Origin: Methanomassiliicoccaceae archaeon
GTDB taxonomy: Archaea > Thermoplasmatota > Thermoplasmata > Methanomassiliicoccales > UBA472
Assembly: GCA_963806355.1 (NCBI GenBank)
Contig: CAWDXN010000005.1
Coordinates: 57,980-121,979 of the forward strand
DNA length: 64,000 nt
Direction of reading: 5' to 3'
Shown: positions 22,862-37,382 of the stretch, in pieces
Layout: each line of letters opens with the position of its first letter
How positions within the stretch are numbered: the first letter of the stretch is position 1
The notes under the pieces: model-generated
Databases searched by the model: none
What the model was told of the DNA's origin: nothing
What the model saw: the letters and a program-made list of their open reading frames with translations, nothing else
Made by a program: the position numbers and the translations under genes

Positions 22862-25800
22862 TCAGTCGAAGCGCAACACCTCGGCAGGGGACACTTTGCT
22901 CGCCCCTCTGGCGGCAGGGTAGACGCAAAGCACGGTCGCCGCGAATGCGGCAAAGGCCACCAGCAGGATCGGCCACCAGGGGATCACGAACGGGAATTCG
23001 AAATCGCCCATGAAGTTGCTCTTCCATATGGTGTACCCGATGATTATGCCCATGACGGTTCCGATGATGATGCCAATGGCCGCGACGAAGCCGGACTCGA
23101 TGGCGAAGTTGACCACCACCATCCGTTTCCGGAAACCTATGGCCCGCATCATACCGATCTCCAGCTTGCGTTCGTTGATGGAACGGATGGTGATGATGCC
23201 CAGACCCACTATCCCTATGACCAGGCCGATGGCCAAGAACGCCCGGAACAGCACGAACACGCTGTCGATGGCGCTGGTCACCATGCGGCCAGCTCCTTGA
23301 CGTTCACGGTCTGCCAACCCCCAAGGCAGGAACTCCTGCTCCAGCAGGGCGGCCTGTTCCGCCACGTCCAGACCCGGGGCGAAATTGATGAACATCACCG
23401 ATGGTCCGACCGCTCCGTATGTCGGATGCCACCAGGGCTCTCGTTCATGAACACACCGTTGAAGAACTGCTGCTTCATGATACCTGCCACCGTGACGTTC
23501 TGGAATGTGCCGAAGATGGACTCCAATCGCACCGTCGTCCCCACCTCCAGGCCGGGCCGCCCCCCCATGCCAGGTGGACCGAAGTTCATGGACGCTGAGG
23601 CCCATCCGCCATCCACTATGATCAGCGATGGGTCGTCCAGCACCGCTTGATAGACGGCGTCCTCGGAGGCGTACTGGCTGGAGTTCCATTGGGACAATGG
23701 GAAGTTCCCTTCGGTGAAGAATCGTTGATTGAAGCCGATGACACTGGTGCTCCTTTCCGCCATGACGCCGATCCCCCCGTGGCAGTCATACCGGTGATAA
23801 TTGGCGGTCACCGGCATCGGCCGGCAACCAGATCATGTTGGTGACGTTATCTGGCTGGAGTACTGTAGTGGGCTGCAATATTCGGAGGAATTGATGTATT
23901 CCCAGGGGTTGTCCGGCATGGGCGATGGCAAGGACTTCACCGCCACCAGGTCGAAGCCCCCCGAGGTCTCCTCCACCATGGTGGTCACTCCGGCCCCGAT
24001 GATGCTCGACATCATGCTCAGCACGGTGACCGTGAAGATGACCAGCCCGAAGATGAATATGCTCAGCCCGGTGCGGAACCGGGCCCGGAGCGGATATGAT
24101 ACCGCGGTCACCGCTACCGCCCGGTAGCTTCCCCTGGTGCGGAAAAGCTTGGTGATGAACCACACCAACGAGGATGAGTTGAAAATGACCAAGATCAGTG
24201 CACCCGGCCACCATGAACAGGCCGCTGACGATGAACATCTCAATGCCCCCGGTGGTGTTGGGGAAGATCTCGAAATCGCCCGGATAGGGCATCCATACCA
24301 GTAGGGTCGCGACCCCGGCGATGGACCATGCGGGCCTATCGCCGATGAACCGACGCAGGATGAGGCCAAGGGATAGGGTCATCAGGGAAAGCCCGGAGTA
24401 GGCCGCCCCAGCCTGCTCGGTCAGCAATCCCAAGACCATGATCAACGTCCCTCCGACCAAGGCCATGACTCCGAGCATGAAGGCACGCCGGTCCTTACGC
24501 TCCACCGGCGGCTCGGGAATGTTGCGGATGGCCCTGACTATGTTCAGGTTGGATATGCGCCTGGTGGTGAAGTAGACCGTGACCAATGTCAACAGGAAAC
24601 CGGCCACGAACGCCACGATCAGCCCGAAGGGTGTGAAGTAGAAGTATTGGGTCAGCTTCACGTCGCCGAACGAGAAGATGCCCTCGATGGCATAGACCAG
24701 CAGGTAGGCCAGACCCAAACCGACCAATGACCCCACCGCTGAGGCGGCCAAGGCGTACAGCAGCCCCTCATATGTAAGCAATCGACGGAGGTCCGCCCGA
24801 CGCATACCGAGCGCGCGTGCCATTCCCATCTCGCTCTTCCTCTCCTCACCTAACATGGTGAAGATGTTGATGACGAGCACGACACCAGCGATCACAGAGA
24901 AGGAACCGAAGACCAGGAACAGTTGGGTGAAGGTCTCCATGGACTTCTGCCCGCTGACCAGGATCTCTTTGACATCGAAGACTATCTCCAGGTCCTGACC
25001 CGGGAGCGTAGGTCGGCCAAGGTGGAGTTGATGCCTTCCCTGCACCTGATCGTTGTAACCGAACTGGTTCGATCCCTGCGGATCGTTATGGATGAACCAG
25101 ACGTTGGACTCGTCCACATGGCCGAAGGCTAGTGCGGATGGTGGCGATGTCCATCCACACCTGGCTCTGCAGGTCAGCCTGCCCCGGCTCGTTGTTCTCG
25201 ACGATGGCCTCCACGGTCAAGGTCAGGTTGAGGGTGCCCTGCAGGAGCACGACATGATCGCCCGGGATATGCCCCCAGGTCCTTGGCGGTGCGATCAAAA
25301 AGGTAGCATCCCAGGGCGGAGGGCGCGGTGTCGAATCTCGACCCGTCGACGTCTTGGAAGCCTCCGAACGGGCCTCCAAAGGGTCTCGTTGACACCGGTG
25401 GCAGTGACAGTGGGGGTGGATAGCTGGGTTTCGACGCAGTAGATGCTGAAGGATTGCGAGACCAACGCGGAGACGGCGCTGACATGCTGGATGCCTGCGA
25501 ATTCCTGGTCGGTTAGGCCGTCCGAGAAGGTGGAGTTGTAGAAGATGTAACCTCCCTGGTCGTCGGATCGGCCACCACGAAGTCGACGTCCCCGGCACCG
25601 GCAGTCACCTGTTCACCTATCATGTTGCCCAGGGTGTCCCCCACCACGAAGGAGGCGGATATTATCGCCGTCCCGACCATCAGGCCGCCGATGACCAGGG
25701 CGGTGGTGCTCTTCCTACGCATGAAGTTACGGCGGGCCATCCGGAACAGGACGATATGTTTTCGGGCGTCGATCAGGATGAATATGGCTATGAGAAACAC

Positions 25801-25902
25801 AACAGCGACCATGCTCCATTCCAATGGGAGGAACAGGAAGCATAGCAGGACCGCGGCGATGAGGGCCACGGCCCGGATGAGGTAACCCCTCGAGACCGTC
25901 AT
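22862..25902 (-). CDS. ABC exporter permease, double FtsX/MacB-type (about 1000 aa); many frameshifts
   Basis: EERKSEMGMARALG and ERKLEIGMMRAIG, PARGASKVSPAEVLRFD, ARRNFMRRK. Confidence 0.85.
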
Positions 25903-25906
25903 TCGC

Positions 25907-26632
25907 TCACCCTAGCTCGCAAATGTCCTTCTTGATGGCACCGATATGTCCGTTCTCGGAGATGACGCTGCCATCCCTCATGTGGATGATGCGGTCGCAC
26001 TGGGCCCCTACCTCGGGGTCATGGGTGACGATGATGAACGTCTCATTGTTATCCTTGTTCAGCTTGCGCATGAGGTTGACGACGTCATCGGCCGTCTTCT
26101 TGTCCAGATCGCCGGTGGGCTCATCGGCCCAGACCAGGGCCGGTTCGTTCGCCAGCGCTCGTGCGATGGTGACGCGTTGACGTTCACCACCCGACAATGC
26201 CGCCGGGCGGAGCGTGGCCCGCTCCTTCAGACCGACCGTGGTGAGGAGGTCCATCGCCCTTTTCTTGGCGACATCTGGTTTCTCGCCACATATGAGCAAT
26301 GGCAGCTCAACGTTCTCCACGGCGGTCAGTACGGGAAGCAGGTTGTAGAACTGGAAGACGAATCCCATGCGCTTGGCGCGGAAGTTGCTCTTCTGGTCGT
26401 CGTTAAGCAATGTTAGCTCAGTGTCCTCGATGTAGACCTTCCCGGAGGTCGGATCGTCGATGCCGGAAAGGCAGTTGAGCAATGTGGTCTTGCCACATCC
26501 AGATGGACCCATGACCGCCACCATCTCGCCCTTTTGGATCTCGAGGTTGATGCCGCGCAACGCCTCCACCACTACGTCCCCGGTCACATAGGTCTTCTTG
26601 ATGTTCTCGCATTTGATGATTGGAATGGGAAT
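25907..26632 (-). CDS. ABC transporter ATP-binding protein (LolD/MacB-type), start approximate
   Basis: [40 protein letters not shown]. Confidence 0.93.
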   Translation of the reverse strand: MPIPIIKCENIKKTYVTGDVVVEALRGINLEIQKGEMVAVMGPSGCGKTTLLNCLSGIDDPTSGKVYIEDTELTLLNDDQKSNFRAKRMGFVFQFYNLLPVLTAVENVELPLLICGEKPDVAKKRAMDLLTTVGLKERATLRPAALSGGERQRVTIARALANEPALVWADEPTGDLDKKTADDVVNLMRKLNKDNNETFIIVTHDPEVGAQCDRIIHMRDGSVISENGHIGAIKKDICELG

Positions 26633-26844
26633 CCGCCCCTTCGATGAATCCGCCTTATCCTTAGCACGCTATATTAATAGTTCCGTTCTTAACCGAATCA
26701 AGATCAATTATACTGGCCAACGAATCGAATGTCCATTCCTCATAATGTATGGAGTTGAATCTCGATAGGAAGGAGTATTAATTGTATATTATTATACATT
26801 GTAGTCCTAAATTGTTATATATTGCATAAGCATTTCTTAATCTC

Positions 26845-28164
26845 ATGAGCTTGAAATTCGATCATATCCGCATCAACCTCGACGTCGATGAGATCCCGAG
26901 GAAATGGTACAACATCGCTGCCGATTCCCCCGAGCCCATCCCGCCACCGCTCAATCCGGCCACGAAGGAGCCAGCCCCGCCAGAGGCATTGGAGGCGATA
27001 TTCCCCAAGGCCATAATAAGACAGGAGATGTCCACCGACCGATACATCGACATCCCGGAGGAGATCCGGGAGGCCTATGTCCTTTTAGGCCGACCCTCAC
27101 CACTGCAGCGTGCCATCCGTCTGGAGAAGGCCTTGAACACGCCGGCCCACATCTACTTCAAAAGAGAGGACCTCTCCCCCTGTGGGAGCCACAAACCTAA
27201 CACCGCCATCCCCCAAGCGTACTATAATATGAAGGAGGGCATCGAGAACCTCACCACCGAGACCGGCGCTGGGCAATGGGGGTCCTCGTTAGCATTGGCC
27301 TGTGCCCACTTCAAGATGAAATGCACCGTCTTCATGGTGCGGGTCAGCTACGACCAGAAGCCCTATCGTCGCTACATAATGGAGACATACGGTGCGAAGG
27401 TATTCCCGTCCCCCAGCCCGGAGACGGAGTTCGGAAGGATGTTGCTGAAGCAGAACCCCGATAACACCGGTTCCCTTGGGATCGCCATATCCGAAGCGAT
27501 CGAGACCTGCGTCAAGGCAAAGAACACCAAATACTCATTGGGCTCGGTCGCCAACCATGTCATGCTTCACCAGACCTGCATCGGACAGGAGGTCATGGCC
27601 CAGCTGGATAAGGTTGATGAGAAGGCGGACTATATGATCGCCTGCGTGGGCGGCGGTAGCAATTTCGCGGGTTTCTCATTCCCTATGCTGGGTGAGAAGA
27701 TCCGAAAGAAGACGGACACTGTTTTCATAGCGGCCGAACCGAAGTCCGTCCCATCGATCACCGGCGGTGAGTACCGTTACGACTTCGGCGATACCGCTGG
27801 AATGACCCCGCTGTTCAAGATGTACACCTTGGGTGCTGACTTCATGCCATCGGCCATCCATGCGGGAGGCCTGCGCTACCACGGCATGGCCCCCACCGTC
27901 AGCCTGATGGCCCATCTGGGCCTGGTCAAAGGCATGGCCTACGAGCAGAAGGACACCTTCGCGGCCGGGCTCCAGTTCGCCCAGTCCGAGGGCATCATCC
28001 CCGCTCCGGAGTCGACCCATGCCATCCGGGCAGCGATCGACCTGGCCCTCGAGGCGAAGAGGAAGAACGAGAAGAAGACCATCGTCTTCAACCTCTCAGG
28101 TCACGGGTTGCTCGACATGGGCGGTTATGCCTCCTACATATCGGGCAAGATGAACGGCAATTGA
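26845..28164 (+). CDS. trpB2: Tryptophan synthase beta chain, TrpB2 type
   Basis: [54 protein letters not shown]. Confidence 0.95.
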   Translation: MSLKFDHIRINLDVDEIPRKWYNIAADSPEPIPPPLNPATKEPAPPEALEAIFPKAIIRQEMSTDRYIDIPEEIREAYVLLGRPSPLQRAIRLEKALNTPAHIYFKREDLSPCGSHKPNTAIPQAYYNMKEGIENLTTETGAGQWGSSLALACAHFKMKCTVFMVRVSYDQKPYRRYIMETYGAKVFPSPSPETEFGRMLLKQNPDNTGSLGIAISEAIETCVKAKNTKYSLGSVANHVMLHQTCIGQEVMAQLDKVDEKADYMIACVGGGSNFAGFSFPMLGEKIRKKTDTVFIAAEPKSVPSITGGEYRYDFGDTAGMTPLFKMYTLGADFMPSAIHAGGLRYHGMAPTVSLMAHLGLVKGMAYEQKDTFAAGLQFAQSEGIIPAPESTHAIRAAIDLALEAKRKNEKKTIVFNLSGHGLLDMGGYASYISGKMNGN

Positions 28165-28377
28165 GCCGATCCTTCGCAAACCCTTTACCCTTCATTTTTT
28201 TAATGGTTTTTGAATTATGATCATAAGGTCGATAGAGATATTCTTTATGAAATCGATGAGAATAACTCTATTGTTTGGAGCAGCACATAGGAGTCTCAAT
28301 GTACAGTTCTATCCGATTTAGTAAAATATTTTTCAATTGTTGATAATAAGTTTTGACCATCCGATGATATATTTTCG

Positions 28378-28498
28378 TATCATCTTCGATAAAACATTCT
28401 GGACCTTGTCTTTTTTTACTATTAACAAATGTTAATTTTCATTCTTGAAAAAATCACCAAGTTATAAATAGCCTACTTTACAACTATCGATATCGATA
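28378..28498. promoter_or_regulatory. Two TATCR-N4-YGATA sites (28378-28391, 28485-28498) flanking TATA box TTATAAATA (28462-28470)
   Basis: TATCATCTTCGATA and TATCGATATCGATA in AT-rich 420-nt intergenic region. Confidence 0.55.
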
Positions 28499-28584
28499 CA
28501 GATTCTGTTCCCATCTTAAACAGTATAGGGGCTGCGAAACATCGTTGAAAACGCAGATGAGAACAGGATAATGGGGAGGATTAA

Positions 28585-31500
28585 ATGAATAAATCAGGTG
28601 CCCAGAAAGTGGTAGCCATCATCGTAGTGCTAGCACTATGTACGGTAGGCGTCCTGTTATTGGTCGGAAGTATGAATCCAGATTGGTTCGGAAACGCCTC
28701 TGGATCATCTCAGACCAGTACACAGGTCAGCGTCGACCAGGATGCGCAACCATCTATAGCAACTACTCAAGCGTATGATTGGACCTTGAGTAAAACCGCC
28801 ACTCCTGACTTTTTGCTATTAGCGCCAGGAGAATCAGCTGACGTGACTTATACGATTACCGCGTCCCGTACGGCTTCTGACTCTGCTTCTGTGATGGCTG
28901 TCAAAGGCAGCGTCCACGTCAAGAACGTGGGCTCCGCCGCGACCAAGAACCTTGATGATCACAGATGTGGTGCAGGCCAACGTTGGAAACGGTTTCGTTG
29001 ACGTTGCCTCTATCGCAGTCGACACCAGCAAGAAGCCGGTGTTGGCAGCGGGAGAGGAGTTCTCGTACCCGTTCACCGTCTATTTCAAGCAAATAGAGGG
29101 TGCAACGTACCAGAACATTGAGCGCGTGTCGATCAGTAACCTGATCGACCGGACCGGCCAATCGATGGCCGCGGAAGCCGTCATGAGCGTAAAGGCAACA
29201 TCCGACGCCCTTGCAGGCGAACGGACAGGATGCCAACGCTACCTTGACAGACGCTTGGACCGCCCCCTCTGGATGGGTGACATCACCTGCCACCGTTGGG
29301 CCGTGGACCCTTACGGATAACCAAACGGTATCTTACACGATAAAGGTCACCAACGTCTTCGCGAGCTTCTTCTCGGAGGTCGATCTGACCAACACCGCCA
29401 CGCTCACTGAGAGCGACTCGGGCGCGACCCAGATGGCCAGCGAGACTGTGAAGCTGTCCACCAACTTCGAGCCTGGTATCAAGATCGTGAAGATCCGCAC
29501 CGGAGTGCGTCAAGAGGGGAGACATGATCACCTACACCTTCACGGTGTACAACATCGGTGATGCCTACCTCAACAACGTGACCGTGCTCGACCCGATGTT
29601 CCCTGACTCATTGAACCACTACATCGGCGACATGTCGGCCGGCAGCGAAGTGACCTTCACCGTCGAATACCAGACCGACGCGAACACGCCGAGCAAGGCT
29701 CGTGAACACTGCGACGGTTTATGGCAAGTTCGCTTGCATGCCGTTGTCTAACTCCTCCACCACCACGGTCAACGTGGTCAACCCGAGCATTAGCATCGAG
29801 AAGACCGGACCGGAGTGCGTCGGAGGCGGAGCGACCATAACATGGTCCTTCAACATCACCAACACTGGTGATGTTCTATTGAACAACGTGTTGTTCAGCG
29901 ATGAATTGTTGGGAATATCTAATGAGAACCGCGGCAGCCTTGCCCCAGGTGCCAGCATAGTTTTCACTAAGACCAGCACTGCACCGATGAGCGGCTCTGT
30001 TGAGAATGAGGCGACCGTAACCGCGACCGCCTCTTGCGGATTGACTGTGGAAGATGCGGATGATGCGACCGTAACTGTCGTAAACCCGTCCATGATCTTC
30101 CAGAAGGGCGGACCTGACTGCATCAGGATCGGCGACTCCATCACCTGGACGTTCTCCATATTGAACACCGGCGATGTGACGCTGACCAACCTGGTGCTCG
30201 TCGACCCGCCAGCCGGCGTGACTGTTCCCAAGGACAGCCTGGCCCCCGGTGAGCTTCTGGAACTTCACATATGTTACCACCCCGGCGCCACTGGAGCTGC
30301 GATCAACTACGCCTATGTGACCGCTGACGCCCCATGCGGAGCGCAGTCTGAACGTTACCGACGACCACTCTGTGATGGTCATCAACCCGGCGATCGATAT
30401 CGTCAAGGGCGGACCGAACAGCGAGGTCGGAGCTGGTAGCGAGATCGTTTGGACATTCTCCATAAAGAACATTGGAGACACCCCGTTGAGCAACGTGATC
30501 TTCGATGACCCATTGCTCGGTGTCACCAAGACCTATGATGATAATGGAGGAGTCCTTGCCGTCGGTGCCTATTGGAACTTCACATTGAGCTCCATCGCCC
30601 CGTCGGAGCCCGGAACTGTCACCAACGAGGCCACCGTCACCGGCCAGTCCGAATGCGGCACTGTGACCGATGTGTCCGATTCGTCGGCATGGGTGGTCGA
30701 GGTTGTCCTGGACAGCCCTGGTATTGAGATAATCAAGGAAGGCCCTGACTGTGTTCAGGTGGGAGCCCAGATCGTTTGGACCTTCACGGTCACGAACATT
30801 GGGAACATAAACCTGACCAACGTCCTGTTCGATGACCCACTGTTGGGCATCAACGACATGGCCTTGCCTGATATGGTAGTTGGAGCGGAACCCTATGTCT
30901 TCACCAAGACATCCAACGCCCCGATGACCTCCGGAACCGTGACAAATGTCGGTTCCGTCGTCGCTAGCTCAGATTTCGGCGACGTCAGTGACAGCAGCGA
31001 TTCTGTCTCGGTTAGCGTAGTTAACCCGAAGATCAGCATCGAGAAGAGCGCCCCTGACTCCGTTGAACCTGGTGCAGAGATCGAATGGACTATCATCATC
31101 AAGAACATCGGTGATGTTCCTCTGTCGAACGTAGTGTTCACTGACAGCGACCTCGGTGTCTCCTATCCGTACACCGAGAACGGTGGAATACTCGCGGTCG
31201 GAGCTACCTGGGAATTCTCCCTGTTCAGCACCGCCCCAGAGACCGGTGATGTCGACAACGTCGCCTCGGTTACCGCTCTCGGAGCGTGCGGTATACGAGG
31301 TAGAGGACAGCGATGACGCGCACCGTCGAGGTGAACGTCGCCCTGCGACTGTGACTGCCTGTTGGTCACCAAGACCGGTACAACCGAGGCAAAGCCTGGA
31401 GAGACCGTTACTTGGGAGTACAGCTTGTACAACTGCGCCTATCCTGGCCAGTACCCATGCATGACCAACTTCTGGTTGCACGATGAGATCACCCTCGGAG

Positions 31501-34500
31501 ACGGAACCGTCGTAAGCATATTCGACGCCTACTCCGGTGACCTGATCCCGTGCGCGAACGGCGTCGTATACGTGCCATACACCCTGATGCCGGGCGAGTG
31601 GTTCAAATTCTCGGTGACCTTCACGATCCCCAAGGATTGGACCTGGTGCGATGACGGCGAATGGATGAACAACACCTTCGACGGCCCAGGCCTGTTGCGC
31701 TGGCGGCTATGCCCGCGGAGAGGCCTCCTGGAGCACACACATCACTGACTGCTGCTCCATAAGGGTAGAGAAGTTCTCCAACGTTGATGAGGCCGCCCCT
31801 GGCGACCAGATCGAGTACACCTTGGTCATCACCAACACCGGAATGAACCGCCTCTGCGCCCTGAAGGTATGGGACCGTATGGAGTCCGAGAAGATCGATC
31901 TCGGCTGCGACCTTGACCCCTGCGAGAGCGTCACCTACACCTTTGTGTACACCGTGCCTGCCGATTGGAACTGGTGCGATGACCCACACATGATCATCAA
32001 CGAGGCTGGCGCCTGCGCCTACTGCTGCGACTGCGGCAAGTGGGTGAAGGACAAGGACTGCAACCAGGTCGAGATAGTCTACCCGCCCCAGATCGAGATA
32101 ATCAAGACCGCGAACGTCACCCAGGCCTGGGCTGACCCGATGTTCGGTAACAACATGATCGAATACACTGTTACCGTTAGGAACATCGGACCGACCCCGA
32201 TCACCTGCGTGCACGTGGTCGACGAGATGCTCGGACTGGACCAGTGGATCTGCTGCCTCATGCCCTGCTTCCCGTGCGGTGACTGTGACGGTACCGACCC
32301 GACGGCCACCCTAGTGGTTGACGGTGAGGATTGTGACTGCCCATCCTGCCATGGCAGGATGCATGAACTCCTGGACCTTCAAGAAGGTAGTAAAAGTCCC
32401 GTGCGACTGGTCCTGGTGCGATGATGGTGACTTCCTTGACAACTCCGCCACCGTTTCCGGTTGGGCCTGCGGTTACTCCGTCGGCGCAAGCGACAGCGTG
32501 TCGGTGAAGATAATCGATGAGTACCATCTCGAGATCGAGAAGACCGCCCCTGAGGTCGTCTATCAGGGAATGTCCGTCCCATACGTCATAACGGTCCGCA
32601 ACGCTGGAAGCAAGACGCTGACCTACATCGATGTCTTCGATGACTTCGAGGATGACGGTAAGATCGACCAGAACTGGACGATCGAGTGCTTGGCACCGTG
32701 CGAGAGCGTAACGTTCTACCCATCGTACATCGTGCCACAGGAATGCTGCAAGAAGGATTACAAGCTGGTCAACGAGATTTGTGCCACCGCCTGGGTCCGC
32801 AACATAATGGTCAAAGATATTGACCATGCGTGCTCTATGGGTCATGTGCCCGTGCAGCTTGGACATCGAAGTGATCGCCCCAGAGGGAGCGGAGCCTGGT
32901 CAGACCGTGCAGTTCACGGTCGTCGTCACCAATGACGGTAACATAACCATCGTTCAGATGGACGTGTACGCCATGATCATGTCCTGCGCCTGCCACAACT
33001 GGGAGAAGTACAAGCTTGGATGCATCATCTACCTGAACCCCGGTGAGTCGAAGGAGTTCACCTTCAACTACACCATCCCGACCTGCGAAGTGTGCTGCCA
33101 ATCCGGCTACAAGCTGATGCTATATGGCCATAGTTGAGGGAGAGTGCGGCTGCTCCGAGAAGGAAGTCTGGGATGGAGACATCGGATTCGCTGTGGGTAA
33201 GGGCATGCTGCGCCATCGAAGTTGAGATAACCGGTCCAGAGTGCGTCGAGCCTGGACAGACCGTGGTCTTCACCATCACTGTGACCAACCTGGGTGTCAA
33301 CAACCTGTGCTGTGTCAACGTGACCGCGTACGAGCTCGGATGGAGCAAGAAGATCGAAGGTCTGATGGCTGGACAGTCCATGAGCTGGGATGTACAGTAC
33401 ACGATACCTGCGAGCTGGAACCACTGCGACAACGGAGATAAGCTTTGTCGTGACGGTCTGCGCCGAGGGATTGTGCTGCGAGTGCTCCTCATGCTGCAAG
33501 GGCGCGCGCTGGGTCCAGGACAAGGTCGAAATGTACCGTTGGCCTGTAACGACCCGATAACCCTTATCGTCGATAAGACGTATATCGGAATCAGACAGGG
33601 GTCGGAAGTGAGAGCTTCGTCATTGAGAACCATGTCGATTCGAGGCCAAAACCGGGACAGATGGTCACTGTATGAGATCGTTGTCTACAACAAGGGTTGC
33701 CTGCCATTGAGCTGCATCGAAGTGTACGATGATCTTATCGGATACGTTGGATGCATCCCGTGCTTACTCCCCTGCGAGCAGAAGGCATTCAAGGTATTCT
33801 ATGAGATACCGTGCAACTGGACCTACTGCGAGAATGGCGAGTACCTGGTGAACACTGCGACCGCCGAAGGCTGGGCCTGCGACGTGGCAGTGAGCAGCAG
33901 CGACTCTGAGACCGTATTGGTGAACGCGGACCACATCGTTCAGGTGTACAAGTCGGGTCCAGCAGAGGCCACGCCTGGCGAGACCATCACCTATCAGATA
34001 AGCGTGTACAACGGCGGAAAGCAGCCCCTGTGCTGCCTGAAGGTGGTGGACTTCGTCAGCAACATGTGGGTAGGTAACTATCCGATGAGGCCGATCTGTG
34101 AGATGCTGAACTACACCGAGATCGACTGTCTGGAATCCCTGCGAGTGGTACAACTTCACGGTAACGTACACCGTGCCCGAGAACTGGACCTGCATGAACG
34201 GCGAATGGCTGTTCAACTGGGTCGAGGTCATGGGCAAGGCTTGCTGGCCGTGCGAGATGCTGACCGCTGGTGACCTAGTGTGGACCAAGATCGTTGACGT
34301 AAGCCCACCATCGAGGTGGAGAAGTACGCTCAGTGCGTTGCTGTGCCGGGTCAAGAGGTTCTCTACAACATCGTAGTGACCAACCCGAACTGCATGGCTT
34401 TGGGCTGCGTCGAGGTTGAAGACGAGATGCTTGACTACTATTACGTCATCCCGTGCATGCAGCCATTCGAGACGATCGTGATCCCAGTCTGGTTCACCGT

Positions 34501-37276
34501 CCCGGCGGACTGGTCATACTGCGAGAACGGAGAGTACATAAACAACACCGTCGAGGTGTCTGCGTGGGCGTGCACGAAGCGCGTGAGCGACTCCGCCGAA
34601 CACACCTTGATGATCTGGGACCCGATGGACCTGAGGATCAAGCAAGACCTCCGATAAGCCTGATGGAGTTAGGCCTGGCGAGACCATCACCTACACTATA
34701 ACGGTGTGGAACGCTGGCTCTAAGGTGCTGAGCTCCGTCATGATCGTCGATGAGATGCTGAACTTCTGCGAGACCATCGAGTGCCTGATGCCGTGCGACA
34801 GTGAGACCTACACCCTCACCTACACTGTGCCCGAGGACTGGACCTACTGCTGTGACGGGAGTAGGATCGAGAACATGGCTAGTGGCATGGGCCATAGGTT
34901 GCCCGCTGTTGATGCTCGGCTATGACATCGCCTACGACAATGTAGTGCGTCAAGGTCATCGACATCGATGAGAGCATCAGGGTCTGGAAGGAACTGGGTA
35001 CGTCGATGCCAACGACAACTTGCGCGGACGGAGGCACATGCCTGAGATCAACCCAGGTGACAAGCTGGTCTGGCATGTCTTCGTCAAGAACACCGGCAAG
35101 ATCGCACTGAGCTGCATCAACGTCACCGACATCATGACCTCGTGCCAGGGTGGCGAGTGGGTATTGTACGACAAGACCCTGACCTGCTGCCTGGCCCCGT
35201 GTGAGACAGGACTGCTTCGACATCGAATTCACCGTGCCTGAGGAGTGCTGTGGCGACTTCATGCTGACCAACAGCGTCACAGCAACGGCATGGGCGGAGG
35301 ATGTGTTCGTATCCTGGTACTGACAGGAGTGCGTCAATGGTGCAGGGCGACTGCGACATAGAGATAGCGAAGACCCCGCTGAAGGATGTGGTACTGGTCC
35401 GATGAGGTGATAGGGTGGAACATCACCGTCAAGAACGTCGGTGAGAAGAAGCTCTACTGCGTCAACGTGACCGATGACCTCCTGCCGGGTGGATACTGGT
35501 ACATAGCTGAGCTGGCAGTTGGCGTAGCAAAGTATACAAAGATGTGTTCGACAACTCGACGCACATTCCGTGCAACGGAACCGCAACGTGCGTGTACAAC
35601 ACCGCCTCTGTGTCCGCGAAGTGCTGCGCTCGATGGCAACAACGACGACTGCTGCGTTATCACCAAGGAAGCCACTGGAAAGGTCGAGGTTAGGCCAGTA
35701 TACTCACTGGATGTGGATGTCGACATACTATTCAGGTGTCAGAAGTGCATCGAGCAGAACTTTATGGAATGCCGGTGCTGCCCAGAGCCTGGAGATTGTG
35801 TCAAGATCCATGTCAGCGTGACCAACGATGGCAGGGAGACCATATACGGGTATGAGCTCGTTGACACTCTGATGGGTGTCCATGAGTATGTGCTCGCATC
35901 TGCTCCGCTGAAGTCTGGTGAGACCGACGACTTCTGGTATGATTACCAGATCCCGTGCAACTGGACCTACTGCGACGACGGCAAGTACCTTGAGGACTGC
36001 TTCACTGCGATGGCCTGTGAGGTCTGTCCAGTGTACGGCAGGGTTACCATAGTGGACAGCGACTGCGATCATGCAGGGAAGTGTGCGGCCCACAGCTGCT
36101 CATGACCAAGGATGCGTATGTGGATGGCAAGCTGGTTACCGAGGTTATGCCCGGTGATGTCGTGACCTACGAGATCACCGTGAAGAACGTCGGTGAGCAC
36201 TCCGTCTCCTGCATATACATCATGGACACGGTCATGATCGGTATGATGCCGGTATACTTCCAGTCGGACATGATCTGCTGCCTGGCGCCGTGCACCGAGT
36301 ACGTGTGGACCTTCGAGTACACCGTGCCTGAGTGGTTCTGCGAGTGGGGCGACTATCTGTGCGACAAGGCAGTGGCCTTCGGTCTGGTAAACGACATAGG
36401 ATGCTGCTTCGAGATGCAGAAGAAGATGGACTGCGGTTACAACCCGTGGTTCGAACTGGCCTGTGCAGAGAACAAGCTATTCGTGCATAACGAGTTCCAC
36501 CTTGAGGTCATGAAGATCAACAACTTCGGCCTTAGGTGCGCGGAACCCGGCGATATCATCCTGTACGAGATCTGGGTGGCAAACGCCGGTACATGCTCCA
36601 TCACCAACGTCTATGTTGATGACGACATGATCGGGCTGCACGCAAAGATCGACTGCCTGATGCCCTGCATCGACTGCAACCATGAGACCGTAAATGGAAT
36701 GGACTGCCATGCAACATGGCCGTCTTCCGTGGGTCTTACCAGATCCCGAGCGACTGGTCGTATTGCGATGATGGAAACGTCATCGTCAACACGGTCACCG
36801 TGAAGGGCTGGCAGTGTGGCGCGTCTCAGACCGTCAGCGACAGCAACTACGTCTATGTGTCAGACGCTTGCGACGTCCGCATCTATATCGACTACCCGCT
36901 TACCGCCAAGTCTGGCGAGACCGTCACTGTCACCGTAACGGTGAAGAATGAGGGTTCCGGAATGGCTTGCGGTATAAAGGTATGCGATCAGGTGTTGGGC
37001 CTGCACGAGATGATCTGGTGCCTCGCTCCGTGTGAGTCGGTGACCTTCACCAGGCAGGTAGCAATACCCGCCTGTGACGGCGTGACCCACTATGTGAGCG
37101 GGACCACCGAGATCGTCGGATGCTGCTGCGAGTGCTGGGACTGCCCGTGGATGCCGAGCGGCGCCCAAGAACTATCTGTGATGCCGAAGTGCTGCTGCGT
37201 ACACGAGGACGCAGGCTGGAGCATCATGATCGTTTGCGGATGCTGCGGTGGAGTACCGGTACCGGTACCAGTCTAA
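28585..37276 (+). CDS. Giant (about 2,900 aa) cysteine-rich surface protein with more than 20 DUF11-like Ig-fold repeats; broken into many ORFs by indels
   Basis: GGAGG SD, N-terminal hydrophobic segment; recurring i.K.gP....G..i.y.i.v.N.G...l..v.v.D units through all fragments; ends CGCCGGVPVPVPV. Confidence 0.8.
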
Positions 37277-37287
37277 GAGTCTAAACA

Positions 37288-37329
37288 GGGAGCTTAGCTC
37301 CCATCTTTTCCTTTTTTTTTTCTTTTTCT
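37288..37329 (+). terminator. Hairpin plus long T tract
   Basis: GGGAGC-TTA-GCTCCC followed by T-rich run. Confidence 0.75.
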
Positions 37330-37382
37330 AACAAATCTCATATCCATCTAGCATGTTCTCCATCCAGGTCCAGGTGTTCTGA

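Noticed and set aside
32338..32352. CxxCH (CPSCH) suggesting a multiheme cytochrome; also CPSCH at about 15297
   Set aside because: Isolated occurrences in very Cys-rich or zinc-ribbon sequence; other Cys motifs lack the His
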